Of a DNA stretch of 64,000 bases, positions 47,518 to 60,157 are shown one piece after another. The position numbers and the translations under genes were made by a program. The stretch's first letter is position 1. The number at the start of each line of letters is the position of its first letter. The stretch is from Selaginella moellendorffii (lineage: Eukaryota; Plantae; Lycopodiophyta), in the NCBI RefSeq assembly GCF_000143415.4, contig NW_003314322.1, positions 1,128,067 through 1,192,066 of the forward strand. The letters run 5' to 3'. Under the pieces are notes generated by a model. That model saw only the letters and a program-made list of their open reading frames with translations. It did not search any database and was not told the DNA's origin.

Positions 47518-49166
47518 ATGAAGCAGCGGCCATGGCGGATGGCGCTGGCGAGGGCGCTCCACTGGGAGAAGGACCAGCAGCCGGTGAAGCAAGCCGAGCG
47601 CAAGCTCGTGGATCGCTACATTCTCCGAGTCAAGGGCGGGCATGGCGGCGGCGGATGCAACAGCTTTGCCAAGAGCTTGAGCTCTCGGCACGGCCGTGTC
47701 AATGGTAAGCGCTCTCTTCTTCTTTTCTCTTGCATCGCAGAGGCTCCAAATGTGATGATCTAGGTGGAAATGGCGGCATTGGAGGGAAGGTGATTCTCAA
47801 GAGCACGCCAGAAGTTTACGACTTCAAGAATCTACAGCACGCTGCGGTGATCTTCTTTTTTCTTTGTTTGTTCTTGCCTTCGATCGAGCCTTTATTCTGA
47901 TCGATCTTTCATTCTTTGTTTTTCTAGACAGGCTGGTGGAAACGGGGGCTCGGGGCTTGACAGGAAGCAAACTGGGAAGAGAGGCTTGGATGAAGTAAGT
48001 CTTTGTTCTTGCCTCTCTAAGTTCTAGCGAGAATGATCGAATGAAATCTTTCTCAGGTTCTCTACGTCCCTCTGGGAACAGTCGTCCATCTTTCCGAGGG
48101 CACTCTCCCGGACATGACCCAAGACTTCCGGCAACGAGTAGCTCGGAGAACAGTGAAGCAAACTTGGGACGGTGACAAAGACTGGGTGAGGCTGAGCCAG
48201 ATGTTCTCCAAGGACATATACTCGCACAGGCCCGATCATCCTCCACCACCCCAAGAAACCTCAGAAGAACCGGAAGAGACTAGCGACGACAGTGATCTAG
48301 ACGAAGACGAAGACGAAGAAGAAGAAGATGACGATGACGACGGTGCCTCTTCCTCGTCGTCCGAGGACGCGCCGCGCGTCCTCAAGATCCCGAGACCGAT
48401 CATCCGGAGCAACGTAGCCGAGCTGCTGGAGCCCAACCAGACGCTGGTGGTAGCCGTGGGTGGCGCCGGGGGTAGAGGCAACGCGGCACTCCCCCGCTCG
48501 CTCCCGAAGAAGAGCAAGTGGCCGAACGGACTCCCGCGCCTGGAGAACGAGCCCGGCGAGCCCGGCAGCGAGGCGGTGCTCATCCTGGAGCTCAAGAGCA
48601 TCGCCGACGTTGGTCTCGTGGGGGCTCCAAACGCCGGCAAGAGCACGCTGCTGGGCTCCATGTCCAAAGCGAAGCCGTGCGTGGGGAGCTACCCCTTCAC
48701 CACGCTCAGGCCGATCATCGGGAGGGTGGAGTTCCCGGACTACTACTGCTTCAGCGTCGCCGACGTCCCGGGGCTCATCGAGGGCGCTCACGAGAACCGG
48801 GGCCTGGGGTTCCACTTCCTCCGGCACGTCGAGCGCACGAAGGTGTTCGTCTACGTGCTGGATGCGTCGCTCGGGGTGGCGGGCAGGGAGGGGGACTACG
48901 CGTGGGATCAGCTGGAGCAGCTCAAGTATGAGATGGAGTGCTACCGGAGCGGGATGACCAAGCGGCGGTCGATCGTAGTGGCGAACAAGATGGACGAGGA
49001 GGGGGCCGAGGAGGTGGTGAGGGAGCTGAGGAGGAGGACGGAGCTCCCCGTGTATCCGGTGTGCGCTGTTCTTGGCGAGGGGGTTGAGGAGCTCAAGGAA
49101 GGGATGCGGCAGATGGTGGAGTGCGATGATGGGGATGCGCCGGACTTGCAGGAGCTCAAGATTTGA
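47518..49166 (+). CDS. Obg-family GTPase, probably mitochondrial (OBGM-like), multi-exon
   Basis: VKGGHGGGGC Obg fold; ADVGLVGAPNAGKSTLL, YPFTTLRP, DVPGLIEGAH, VANKMD; acidic insertion in the Obg fold. Confidence 0.92.
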
Positions 49167-49835
49167 GGTGGTGTGTGATCTTTTGAGTTAGAGTTCCAAT
49201 GTTGGCATGGCATCTCACTACTCGGATCATCTTGGTCCTACAAGATAGCTTTTGCTCAAGATGCCGCAGTACAGTATCTTTTTGTGGGTGGTGATGCTCC
49301 ATCTCTTCTGAATTGCCCAAGAAAAAACCAGCTTATTGAAGATATGTTGGAGCGCAATCTGTGATTGTGAAACAAGAGGATTTAGATGTTTGCCACCAGA
49401 GGGCATTTGCTAGAAAGAATGCGTCAGTGGAACGATTGGGTTTGGTGCTACTCCCCGTCCAGAAGTATGCGGGAGTTTAAAATCCCAGCACAGTAGCTAG
49501 CTAGTCCAAGATTGGAATAAAGCGAAGAAAGAAGGGTGGCTCCTTCGTGTTTGGGAGATCTTACAGTGGAGCATCTATCATGTTGGTGGTGGTCACCAGC
49601 AAGATAGCGCACTTTGGACGAAGAACGTAAGAATTTTTGCTTGGTCTCTCCGTGTGGGGTTGGAGGACTGTAGCTAAAGCTTCACGACGCAAGGCCTTTC
49701 ACTCGGAGCCAAAAGCAATCAGTTTTGTGGGCTGTGGAGGCAACTTTTTTGTTCGCCGCTAGTACACGCCTTTGAAGATGGGGAGCAGCGGTATAAAGCT
49801 GGCAATCGCGAAGAACGCAGCAGCATCTTTGCAAC

Positions 49836-50975
<1,140 letters not shown>

Positions 50976-51357
50976 ATGGAAAAATCTAGCAAAAGTTTGT
51001 GAGAAAGCTCAAAAGCAATGAGACATGGCTGGAGCTCATCTACCTGGACATGTACAACAGACAGTGTTTACTGGTAATTGTCGACATTTCATTTCTCACA
51101 ATTCTTCATAAGAATTTATAACATACAAGAAAATATAATGCCTTCAAACATTCTTCTTTTTAAATAAATAAAAAATTGATAGTGTGAGAGCCAAGTGTAC
51201 GGCTACGATGCCGTATACTAATATTAGCGTAGTGGATTTTGGTAGCCGTCAGATTGGTTTCAATCCGGACCACTCGCTCCTGTATATAAGCTAGGGTTTT
51301 TGGGCTAATTGATATGCACATTTCTGTATTCCCTTTCCATATTCCATGCACTCACAT

Positions 51358-51372
51358 TGGTGGAGATGAGGG
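51358..51372 (+). other. Primer binding site of element A, tRNA-Ala-like
   Basis: TGGTGGAGATGAGGG versus the recalled complement of the plant tRNA-Ala 3' end, TGGTGGAGATGCGGG. Confidence 0.75.
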
Positions 51373-52139
51373 GCACCTTTGATTGTCCCTGGGGAGTACT
51401 TGGATTTGGGATTTCGGTTTAGATTTAGCTTTTGCATTGTCTAGATCTAGCTTTTTCCATTTCCTTTCTTTTGTTCTTTCCTTTCAGGATTTTGGTTTAG
51501 ATCTAGCTTTTTGCATTGTCTAGATCTACCATTTCTTTCCAACTTTTTGTCATTTCTCTTCTTTTGCTCTTTCTTTTTCATTCATCTTCATGGCCGATCC
51601 GCAATCTCCTCCTTTGGCTCTAGAGCAGCAGTTGGTTCAATTGCTTGATGCTATGCGCTTGCAATTGAACAACCAAACTCAGTTGATGGTGGCGTTCACG
51701 GCACATTGTTAGGAATCCCCTAATTCTTGCCACATTCCTGACTCTCGCCGGATTTCTGACCTGCAGACCACATTCCTGACTCTCGAGACACTTCCCGATT
51801 CCTGAGTCTCGAGCCACATTCCTGATGATGATGTGGCGCCTTCTCGACCTCAGCTGTATTTAGGCCATCCTCGATCCAAGAGTGGTGGAGCTTCATCAAC
51901 CTATAGTATATATAGGTTAGCCTTGTTCCATTTCTTCACAATCTGAATCAACACCAGTCTAAGGCCTTTTCTTTGTTTTCACTAGCTTTTTCTCTTTGTC
52001 TTTAGCATTTTCTAGTCTTGATCTTGTTGGGGGTCTTGACAGTTTGATTCAGATTGTGTTTTTTGCTTTTCTTTTAGCTCGTTTTGATTATTTGATTGCC
52101 TTTGTCTTTTTCCCCCTTTTCTTTTCTTTCTTCTTGCCA

Positions 52140-53111
52140 ATGGAGTCTCCAAGCCATCCTGATTTCTTTGCCGAAGTCCTTGCAAAAATCCAGTCTGAGA
52201 ATACCGAGCTGAAGGCGACCCTTCTTCGCATGCAGCAGGAGCTTGCTTCACTTTCGGCTCAAGGATCCAGCAAAGTTCCTGAACCGAAGGTGAGTTTCCC
52301 GGCGAAATTTTCAGGCAAGCGTTCGGAGCTTCGTGGATTTTTGAACCAAATGGAGCTGATCTTTGCACTTCAACATCGGCGGTACCCCACTCCCGAGTCT
52401 CAAATCAGCGCGATTGGGACGTTGCTCGAGGGTGCAGCTTTGTCATGGTTTTCTCCTCTTCTGGAGAAGAGCATGAAAGGGGTCGTGGTTCCGGAGCTGA
52501 TGGATCTTCAATTGTTCAAAGAGAAGCTCGAAGCATGTTTTGGCGAGACGGATCGGGTTCGGGCTGCTACCACAAAGATGAGACGTCTCTCTCAGGGGTC
52601 TCGTCCTGCCTCGATCTACGCTGCAGAGTTCCAACTCCTTGCCTTGGACACTCAGTGGGATGAGTGGGCCCTGATTGACCAATTTCGTTTCGGCCTCAAC
52701 AACGGTGTCAAGGATTTGTTGCTCACCATGGAGGATCCCAAGGACCTATCGGACGCCATCAACAAAGCTGTTCGATGTGACAATCGTCTCTTTGAATGTC
52801 GTCAGGAAAGTCGCCGTGCCTCTGTTTTTCCGTCCCAGACTTAGGAATCCCAGCTTGAGTCTTCGGGGCATAGTCCTGAACCTACTGCTCCGGTCCCGAT
52901 GGATATTTCTGGTACTCCCCGACTCATTAGAGGGAAGTTGAGTCCTGCTGAGAGGCAACGTCGAATATCTCATAATCTTTGCCTCTACTGTGCTGATCCT
53001 AATCACAAAGCAGCTGTGTGTCCCAGGAAGCCTCCCCGATTGCTCGAGTTCACTCTGCCTCAAAGTCCACTTCTGTTGCAGTCGGGAAACGACCCTGTCC
53101 AAACAGAGTAG
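52140..53111 (+). pseudogene. gag: gag of element B (one premature TAG at 52842)
   Basis: [47 protein letters not shown]. Confidence 0.9.
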
Positions 53112-54637
53112 AAGCTGTCTGTTTGGACTCCCCAAATAAAAATCACTTTTCTTCCTTATCAAGCTCCTCACCACCTTTCATCAAAGCCACCACCAATTCC
53201 TGCAACTTCCGCGTCCCATGTCTCCTTTCTTTCACCGGACAATCAGGACTCAAGGCTTTGGCGCTACTGGACTCGGGTGCAACTTCCTGCTTCATGGACA
53301 CGGACTTTGCTGCCCGATATCACGTTCCTCTTTCTCCTACCATACGGGATCTGAGGGTTGAAGGCATCGGCGGGCATTTTGTGTCTCCATCTTCTGGACT
53401 TAGGGAAACGTTGCCCGTTCGAGTACACATCGGGTCCACCGTCACCGATATCGCCTTCAACATCATTAACAGCAAGTCCTCCTCTGTGGTGCTCGGTCTT
53501 CCTTGGTTCCAACTACATCAGCCTCAGATTTGTTGGAAGGACTTACAGCTCATCTCTCCCACATCACCATCTCCCACGGCTTCCCCTGGTGTTCATCGAG
53601 TCCGAATCAGGAAAAGTTCCCTAAACTCAAGTCGGGGTTCTGTTCCTGACTCTACGAAGTTTTTATCCTCTTCTTTTTCCTCTCTTCCATCTTACACTGG
53701 ACAGTATCCTCGTCTCATCATTCCATTTAGTCGTACCCCTTCTCCTATCTCCACAATCACTATGAAAGAACTCCTTCATAAAGAACCTCTTTTTCTTTTT
53801 GCTTTGCATGTTTCTCCTGTCAGTCTTCCTGAGAAGTATCATGATTTTGGGGATGTGTTTGACAAGAAAAAAGCTAGTGTACTGCCTGTTCATCGGCCTT
53901 ATGATTGTCCCATTGATTTACAGGAAGGAGCGTCACCTCCGTGGGGGCCTATCTACGGGTTATCCCCGTCCGAGCTTAAGGCCCTCAAAGAGTACGTGGA
54001 TGAGAACCTTGCCTCGGGCTACATTCAGCATTCGCAGTCCCCGGCTGGAGCGCCTGTCTTCTTTGTCAAGAAGAAGGATGGGAGCTTGCGGCTAGTAATC
54101 GACTACCGAGGTTTGAACAAGGTGACTGTTCGGAACTGTTATCCGTTGCCCCTGATCTCGGACCTGTTGGAACGCCTCGGCGGTGCCCGCTTCTTCACCA
54201 AGATCGACCTCCGTGGAGCATACAACCTGATCTGGATCCGGCCTGGTGATGAATGGAAGACTGCGTTCCGAACCCGCTATGGCCACTTCGAGTACACTGT
54301 CATGCCATTTGGCGTGACAAATGCTCCAGCGGTTTTCCAACACATGGCGAACGACGTTTTTCGGGAGTTTCTTGATCAGATGGTGATCGTCTACCTCGAT
54401 GACATCCTCATCTACTCAAAAACTCAGGAGGAGCATGACGAACATGTTTGCAAGGTGCTAGTGAAGCTGCGAGAACACGGCCTATACGCGAAGCTTGAGA
54501 AATGTTCCTTTGATCAGTAGTCTATGAAGTTCCTTGGGTACATTGTCACTCCTGAGGGTATCACGATGGATCCTGCTAAAGTCAAGATTATTCTCGAATG
54601 GGAGCCTCCACAATCAATGTCGAACGTTCAGGTTTTC

Positions 54638-56254
54638 TATAAGAGACTAATTTTTCCATTCTACTTTACTCACTTAACCACACCTCCGACCACTTGGAGG
54701 AGTCTCATTCACAACCTCCATAAGCCCAACTCAGGACTTGGGGCTTGCTAGCCCCGAGAATGGCATCCATGCCACTCAACCTTAGCACTTGGTCCAAGTG
54801 CTCCACGTGTCCGATCCCATGATCGACACCCCAAGGTACCACCGACATATCGGCCCGTTACGCTAAGGCCATGCCCATTTACCTTGGTCACACTGGTGGT
54901 CCAACACCACCTACATTCCCATCCCGTCTCTCAAAGACTGGGTCATCCGTCCATGAGTGGTCATCCCAGATCCACTCCTTAACATCCTTAGGATGCCTAC
55001 AGACATGGGGAATAGCCTTCCCCAATATCTCTGTTTCGGTCCCCACCAAGTCCCTTTCTGTCCTTGGTTGTGTTCGCCAACACTGCCACTGGATCGAGGC
55101 CCACCGGCCCGACCACTAAGTCCCACTATCCTCTAGGACTTCCTCACTGTGTGACTGTGTCCTTGGTCACCACACTGGAGGGCTACCCCTCTTCCTTTCC
55201 ACAGTCTGGGACTTTGGGACACCATTTCGGAACACTGTGGCCTTACACAAGCCTCATGGGTACTCTCCCCGCCTTTCGTCTTTAGGTGCTCTAGCCATGG
55301 GCTTAGAGCGAGGTTCCGTTGAGCCACACCAGGTATCCAAGTAGGTAGTGCCACCCACACTTGGACTGGGAGCATCGGCCAGTCGATCTCCCGGGGGAAC
55401 TAGAGCCGGCTCTTGAACACTTCACCAAGCTACCCCGCTTGTCGGTCCGTGTTCACTCTAGTCTTGGACTTCCCAGTGGGCAGCTCATCACCCAACACTG
55501 GGTCCGGCCTTCCTGGGCCAAACTGGCCTTTCCTGGCCAAACTGGCTCCACTGCAGTCCTCCCCCTACTATACTTTTGGAGCTCACCAAACCCCCCAGGG
55601 TCTGGGAGACGAACGCTTTGGGCTTTCACCCTCTCAGGCTTCGAACTCGGACTCGGACTCGGACTCGGACTCGGACTCGGATTCGGACTCGGCCTCGGTC
55701 TCGGTCTCGGTCCCGATCTCGGTCTCGGTCCCGGTCTCGGTCTTGGTCCCGGTCTCGACTTCGGACTCCATCTCGGGTCCATCTCGGACTCCATCTCGGA
55801 CTCCACCTCGGACTCCATCTCGGGTCCTTCTCGGACTCCATCTCGGACTCCATCTCGGGTCCATCTCGGGTCCATCTCGGACTCCATCTCGGACTCCATC
55901 TCGGGTCCATCTCGGGTCCATCTTGGACTCCATCTCGGACTCCACTTCGGACTCCATATCGGACTCCACTTCGGGTCCATCTCGGACTCCATCTCGGGTC
56001 CATCTCAGACTCCATCTCGGACACTTCCATGTGTCATGTGTTGGTCCTTTTTGGTTCCCTTTTTGAAGCCTCGCTTATTGCTCTCTTTGTGCTTGTTCCT
56101 CGAGCACTTCGTTGGGAGTTCCACTCCCGCTCTTGACTTTTCAAGTCGGAGCTTTTGGTCCAAACGTGTTACGCTCGTTTGGCTCTCGCTTCGGCCACTA
56201 CCATGTGGCGCCCTTCTGGCTCCACTTTGGGGCCTAGGGATTTTGTGTCTCACA
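54638..56254 (+). mobile_element. Solo LTR, family S copy 3 (1617 bp), inserted in the RT/RNase H connection of element B
   Basis: TSD TTTTC (54633-54637 and 56255-56259). Removal restores [16 protein letters not shown]. 5' TG has mutated to TA. Confidence 0.92.
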
Positions 56255-58072
56255 TTTTCCTTGGCTTCGCCAACTTCTACCGCAAATTCATTGATCACTA
56301 CTCTGACATTGTCCTTCCTCTCACACATCTCACTCGCAAGGATGTTCCCTTCTCTTGGTCTGCTGCTGCCCAGCAGGCCTTCGACACACTCAAGGCGGCC
56401 TTCAGTTCTGCTCCTGTCTTGATCCATGCTGATTCCTCACAACCTTTCTTCATCGAGGCTGATGCCTCCGACTTTGCCATTGGTGCTGTGCTGTCTCAAC
56501 TCGGAGCGGATCACGAACTTCATCCGGTTGCTTTCCATTCTCGGAAATTCCAGCCTGCGGAGATCAATTACGAAATCCACGACAAGGAGCTCTTTGCCAT
56601 CGTGGATTCCTTTGGAGAGTGGCGCCGTTTCTTGGAGGGGGCAAGCCATCAAACAACAGTCTGGACGGATCACAAAAATCTCGAGTACTTTGCCACTTCC
56701 CGAGTTTTAAGCCGTCGTCAAGCAAGGTGGGCATAATTCTTGAGTCGGTTTGACTTTGTTATCAAGTACAGACCTGGAAAGTTTCAAGGCCTTCCTGATG
56801 CTCTTTCAAGGTGCTCCTATCTCAGTCTCAGGCCTGGTAATCTTGCCTTTGATCAACAAGATCAAGTTATCCTCGGTCTTGATCGGCTTCAAGTTATGGC
56901 AATTTCCCTGGCCCCTCAGGACTCCTCCTTGATGGATGCAATCAGAAACGATCTTCAATCCGATGATCTCGCTAGCGACATTTTCCCCCATCTTCAGGCT
57001 GGACACCCAGTGACTCCCGACTGCCGGCGATTTGACGAGTTCGAGTTCTTAGATGGCTTATTGTACCGTGGGGAGCAGCTTTACGTTCCTGAAGGTGATG
57101 CTCGAAGGTTGGTCCTGATGGCGTGCCATGATAGCCCGACTGCTGGTCACTTCGGCATTGCGAAAACCTATGAGCTAGTTGCACGGGACTTTTGGTGGCC
57201 TCACATGGACGACTACATCAAAGATTTTGTTACCTCCTGTGACACTTGTGCCCGGAATAAGGTACCTCGCCACCTTCCTTCAGGTTTGCTTCGTTCCCTT
57301 CCGGTCCCTTTAGGTCCTTGGGAATCCATCTCCATGGATTTCTTGAGTGATCTTCCGAGTTCTGGAGGCTTCAACAGCATTTTAGTCGTGGTGGATCGCT
57401 TCACAAAGATGGCACACTTCTTGCCATGTACCAAGGAGTTTTCGGGCGAGGACATGGCAAAACTGGTATTCAGGGAAATTTTCTGACTTCATGGGATTCC
57501 TACAGATGTGGTTTCGGATCGGGGGCCTCAGTTCATCTCTCATTTCTGGCAACGGTTTTTACAGCTGCTTGGAGTGAAGGCCAACCTCTCTTCGGCATAT
57601 CATCCTCAAACTGATGGGCAATCTGAGCGAACGATTCAGACGTTGGAACAATTCTTGAGGTGCTTCATCAACTATCATCAGGATAACTGGTTCGATATCC
57701 TTCCCCTTGCTGAGTTTTCCTATAACAACTCTGTTCACTCCTCTCTTCGAGTTTCCCCCTTCTTTGCGAACTCTGGCCGAAATCCCCGATTCAATCTCTC
57801 ACTTCCTTCTCCATCTGAATCCTCTCGTTCAAATCCCCGCTCTGAGGCATTTATCTCCAACCTCCAGGAAATCCACAACTCCATCTCCTTCCACCTCCAT
57901 CGTGCTCAGGAATCTCATAAAACATTTGCCAATGTCCATCGTCAGGATTGTTCCCCTTACAATATCGGGGATAAAGTCTGGCTCCTCAGGCAAAATATCT
58001 CCACCACCAGGCCCTGTCCAAAACTCGATTTTAAACGCCTTGGTCCTTTCCCTATCACTGCCATCATTAATC

Positions 58073-58665
58073 TGTAAGCAACCAAAGGGAACGACTCGAG
58101 AGACAATCCATGGGGTTCAAATATAAAGGGAAAGGGCCCATGAACAAGAGTGCACCCCCTTTTCCAATTGGTTAAGGGTCTTGGGATAATTAGAGTTAAG
58201 CGTCCTTGGGTTTGAATAGTACTGGGCTGGGTGACCTCCCGGGAAGTCCAAACTCAGGAGTTTACATTTGGTATCAGAGGGGTCTCGGGTCCGACTCTGT
58301 TGGTTGGCTAAGGGAATCGCACCACATGTTGATTGACATCTGGCTGGTCCAGTTTGCTCCCGCTGGGCTCGACCCGAGGGGTAGGGTGTCAAGAGAGCGA
58401 GGCTCTCGGGAGAGCTGCGGCTCTCAGCTTCCGTTCACGAGGGCGTGAACTTGCAGGGAAGCGTGGTGGATTGTAAGCAACCAAAGGGAACGACTCGAGA
58501 GACGATCCATGGGGTTCAAATATAAAGGGAAAGGGCCCATGAACAAGAGTGCACCCCCTTTTCCAATTGGTTAAGGGTCTTGGGATAATTAGAGTTAAGC
58601 GTCCTTGGGTTTGAATAGTACTGGGCTGGGTGACCTCCCGGGAAGTCCAAACTCAGGAGTTTACA
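58073..58665 (+). mobile_element. Element C: 593-bp TRIM with 5S rRNA-derived LTR segment (Cassandra-like)
   Basis: 194-bp LTRs at 58073-58266 and 58472-58665 (1 mismatch); TSD TAATC; tRNA-iMet PBS TGGTATCAGAG at 58269; 205-bp non-coding interior. Confidence 0.93.
58194..58249 (+). promoter_or_regulatory. 5S rRNA internal control region (box A - intermediate element - box C) in the TRIM LTR; second copy at 58593-58648
   Basis: AGTTAAGCGTCCTTGGGTTTGAATAGTACTGGGCTGGGTGACCTCCCGGGAAGTCC matches the 3' half of plant 5S rRNA as recalled. Confidence 0.88.
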
Positions 58666-60157
58666 TAATCCTATCACTTATCGCCTTGCACTTCCCTCCT
58701 CATATCAAATTCACCCCGTTTTTCACTCCTCTCTCCTTGAGCCTTATATTCCCAGTCCTATTCCAAATCGGGTCATTCCTCCGCCTCCACTAGTGCAGTT
58801 CGAGGATGGGTCTGAGTACGAGGTTGAGGACATCCTTGATTCCAAGATTTCACAGTCTAAACTCTACTATCTGGTGGACTGAAAGGGTTACGGACCTGAG
58901 GAACGCACTTGGGAACCTGCGGACAACCTGATTCATTCTCCTGACCTTGTTCAGGACTTCCACCGCCGCTATCCTTCTCGTCCCAGTCCTCATTTTTTTT
59001 CTCCCTCTCCCATCCCTCGCCACTCATCTCATCCTCCTCTTCGTTCTCGTTCACATCCTCGTTCCACTCGTTCTTGAGGAGGGGGTGCTGTCAGGAATCC
59101 CCCAATTCTTGCCACATTCCTGACTCTCGCCAAATTCCTGACCTGCAGACCACATTCCTGACTCTCGAGACACTTCCCTATTCTTGACTCTCGAGACACT
59201 TCCCGATTCCTGAGTCTCGAGCCACATTCTTGATGATGATGTGGCGCCTTCTCGACCTCAGCTGTATTTAGGCCGTCCTCGATCCAAGAGTGGTGGAGCT
59301 TCATCAACCTATAGTATATATAGGTTAGCCTTGTTCCATTTCTCCACAATCATTATGAAAGAACTCCTTCATGAAGAATCAACACCAGTCTAAGGCCTCT
59401 TCTTTATTTTCACTAGCTTTTTCTCTTTGTCTTTAGCATTTTCCAATCTTGATCTTGTTGGGGGTCTTGACACACATGGTACAACTCCTCCTGCTCTTGG
59501 TGCCAATCCTCGCGTTCGGCCGGAGTTCTTTCGTGGGAATCCTGGGGATGATGTGTACCATTGGTTCGATCACTTCACGGTGATTGCCACATATCATTCT
59601 TGGGATGATGCTCGACGTTTGCGTGAGTTCCCCACATGTCTCCAAGGGACGGCATTGCAGTGGTACAATGGATTGAGCGCAGCCACTCGTGGCGATTGGA
59701 GTATTCTTCCGGACGTCTTCAAACGCGCCTTTGGACACGCCGATGATTGTGATGATGCCTTCCAACAATTGCATCGTCTTCGCCAAGGGCCATCTGAGTT
59801 GGTGATGCAATTTGGCGTTCGTTTCCGAAGTCTTTTGCTTTGTGCGGAGCCAAATATGTCGGAGCGGATCAAGCTAGGAATGTTGTGGCCAGCACTTCGT
59901 CAAGATTTTGTTGGACTTGTGCATGCACTTGCTCCTGCCACCCTTGACGATGCTCTTCGCTTGGCACAACGTTATGAAACGTCGCCTCTTCCACTTCTTG
60001 CTACACGTCCTTCAGCTCCACTTCCTATGAGTGATGGTCCTGTTCCCATGGAGGTTGATGCTGCTGCTACTCGAGTCCAAGGACAAGGGCGAGGACGTGG
60101 TCGTGGCCGTGATGTTCGTTGCTGGGCGTGTGATGAAGTTGGTCATACTTATCGGCG

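Larger units (their letters stand above)
53084..59077 (+). pseudogene. pol: pol of element B (PR-RT-RH-IN-chromodomain) with stops at 54518, 56734, 57484 and 58880 and two insertions
   Basis: [29 protein letters not shown]...CDTC, SDRGPQF, QTDGQSER, LGPF, EYEVEDILD...[13 protein letters not shown]. Confidence 0.92.
51707..59472 (+). mobile_element. Element B: chromovirus-type Ty3/gypsy (Tcn1 / Tf1-sushi-like), degenerate
   Basis: LTRs at 51707-52041 and 59089-59472; TSD CACAT (51702-51706 and 59473-59477); PPT GAGGAGGGGG; C-terminal chromodomain. Confidence 0.95.

Noticed and set aside
58155-58180. tRNA D-arm / A-box-like CCAATTGGTTAAGG in the TRIM LTR
   Set aside because: No B box or cloverleaf visible; too short to support.
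58194-58249. Functional 5S rRNA gene
   Set aside because: Only the 3' half is present, there is no T-run terminator, and it is embedded in both LTRs of a TRIM.
59427-59477. New gag start supplied by element B's 3' LTR (likewise ORF 51996)
   Set aside because: Starts at TTG inside U5; nearby ATGs (59355, 59371) hit stops before gag. The true A gag start is 51590 and the B gag start is 52140.
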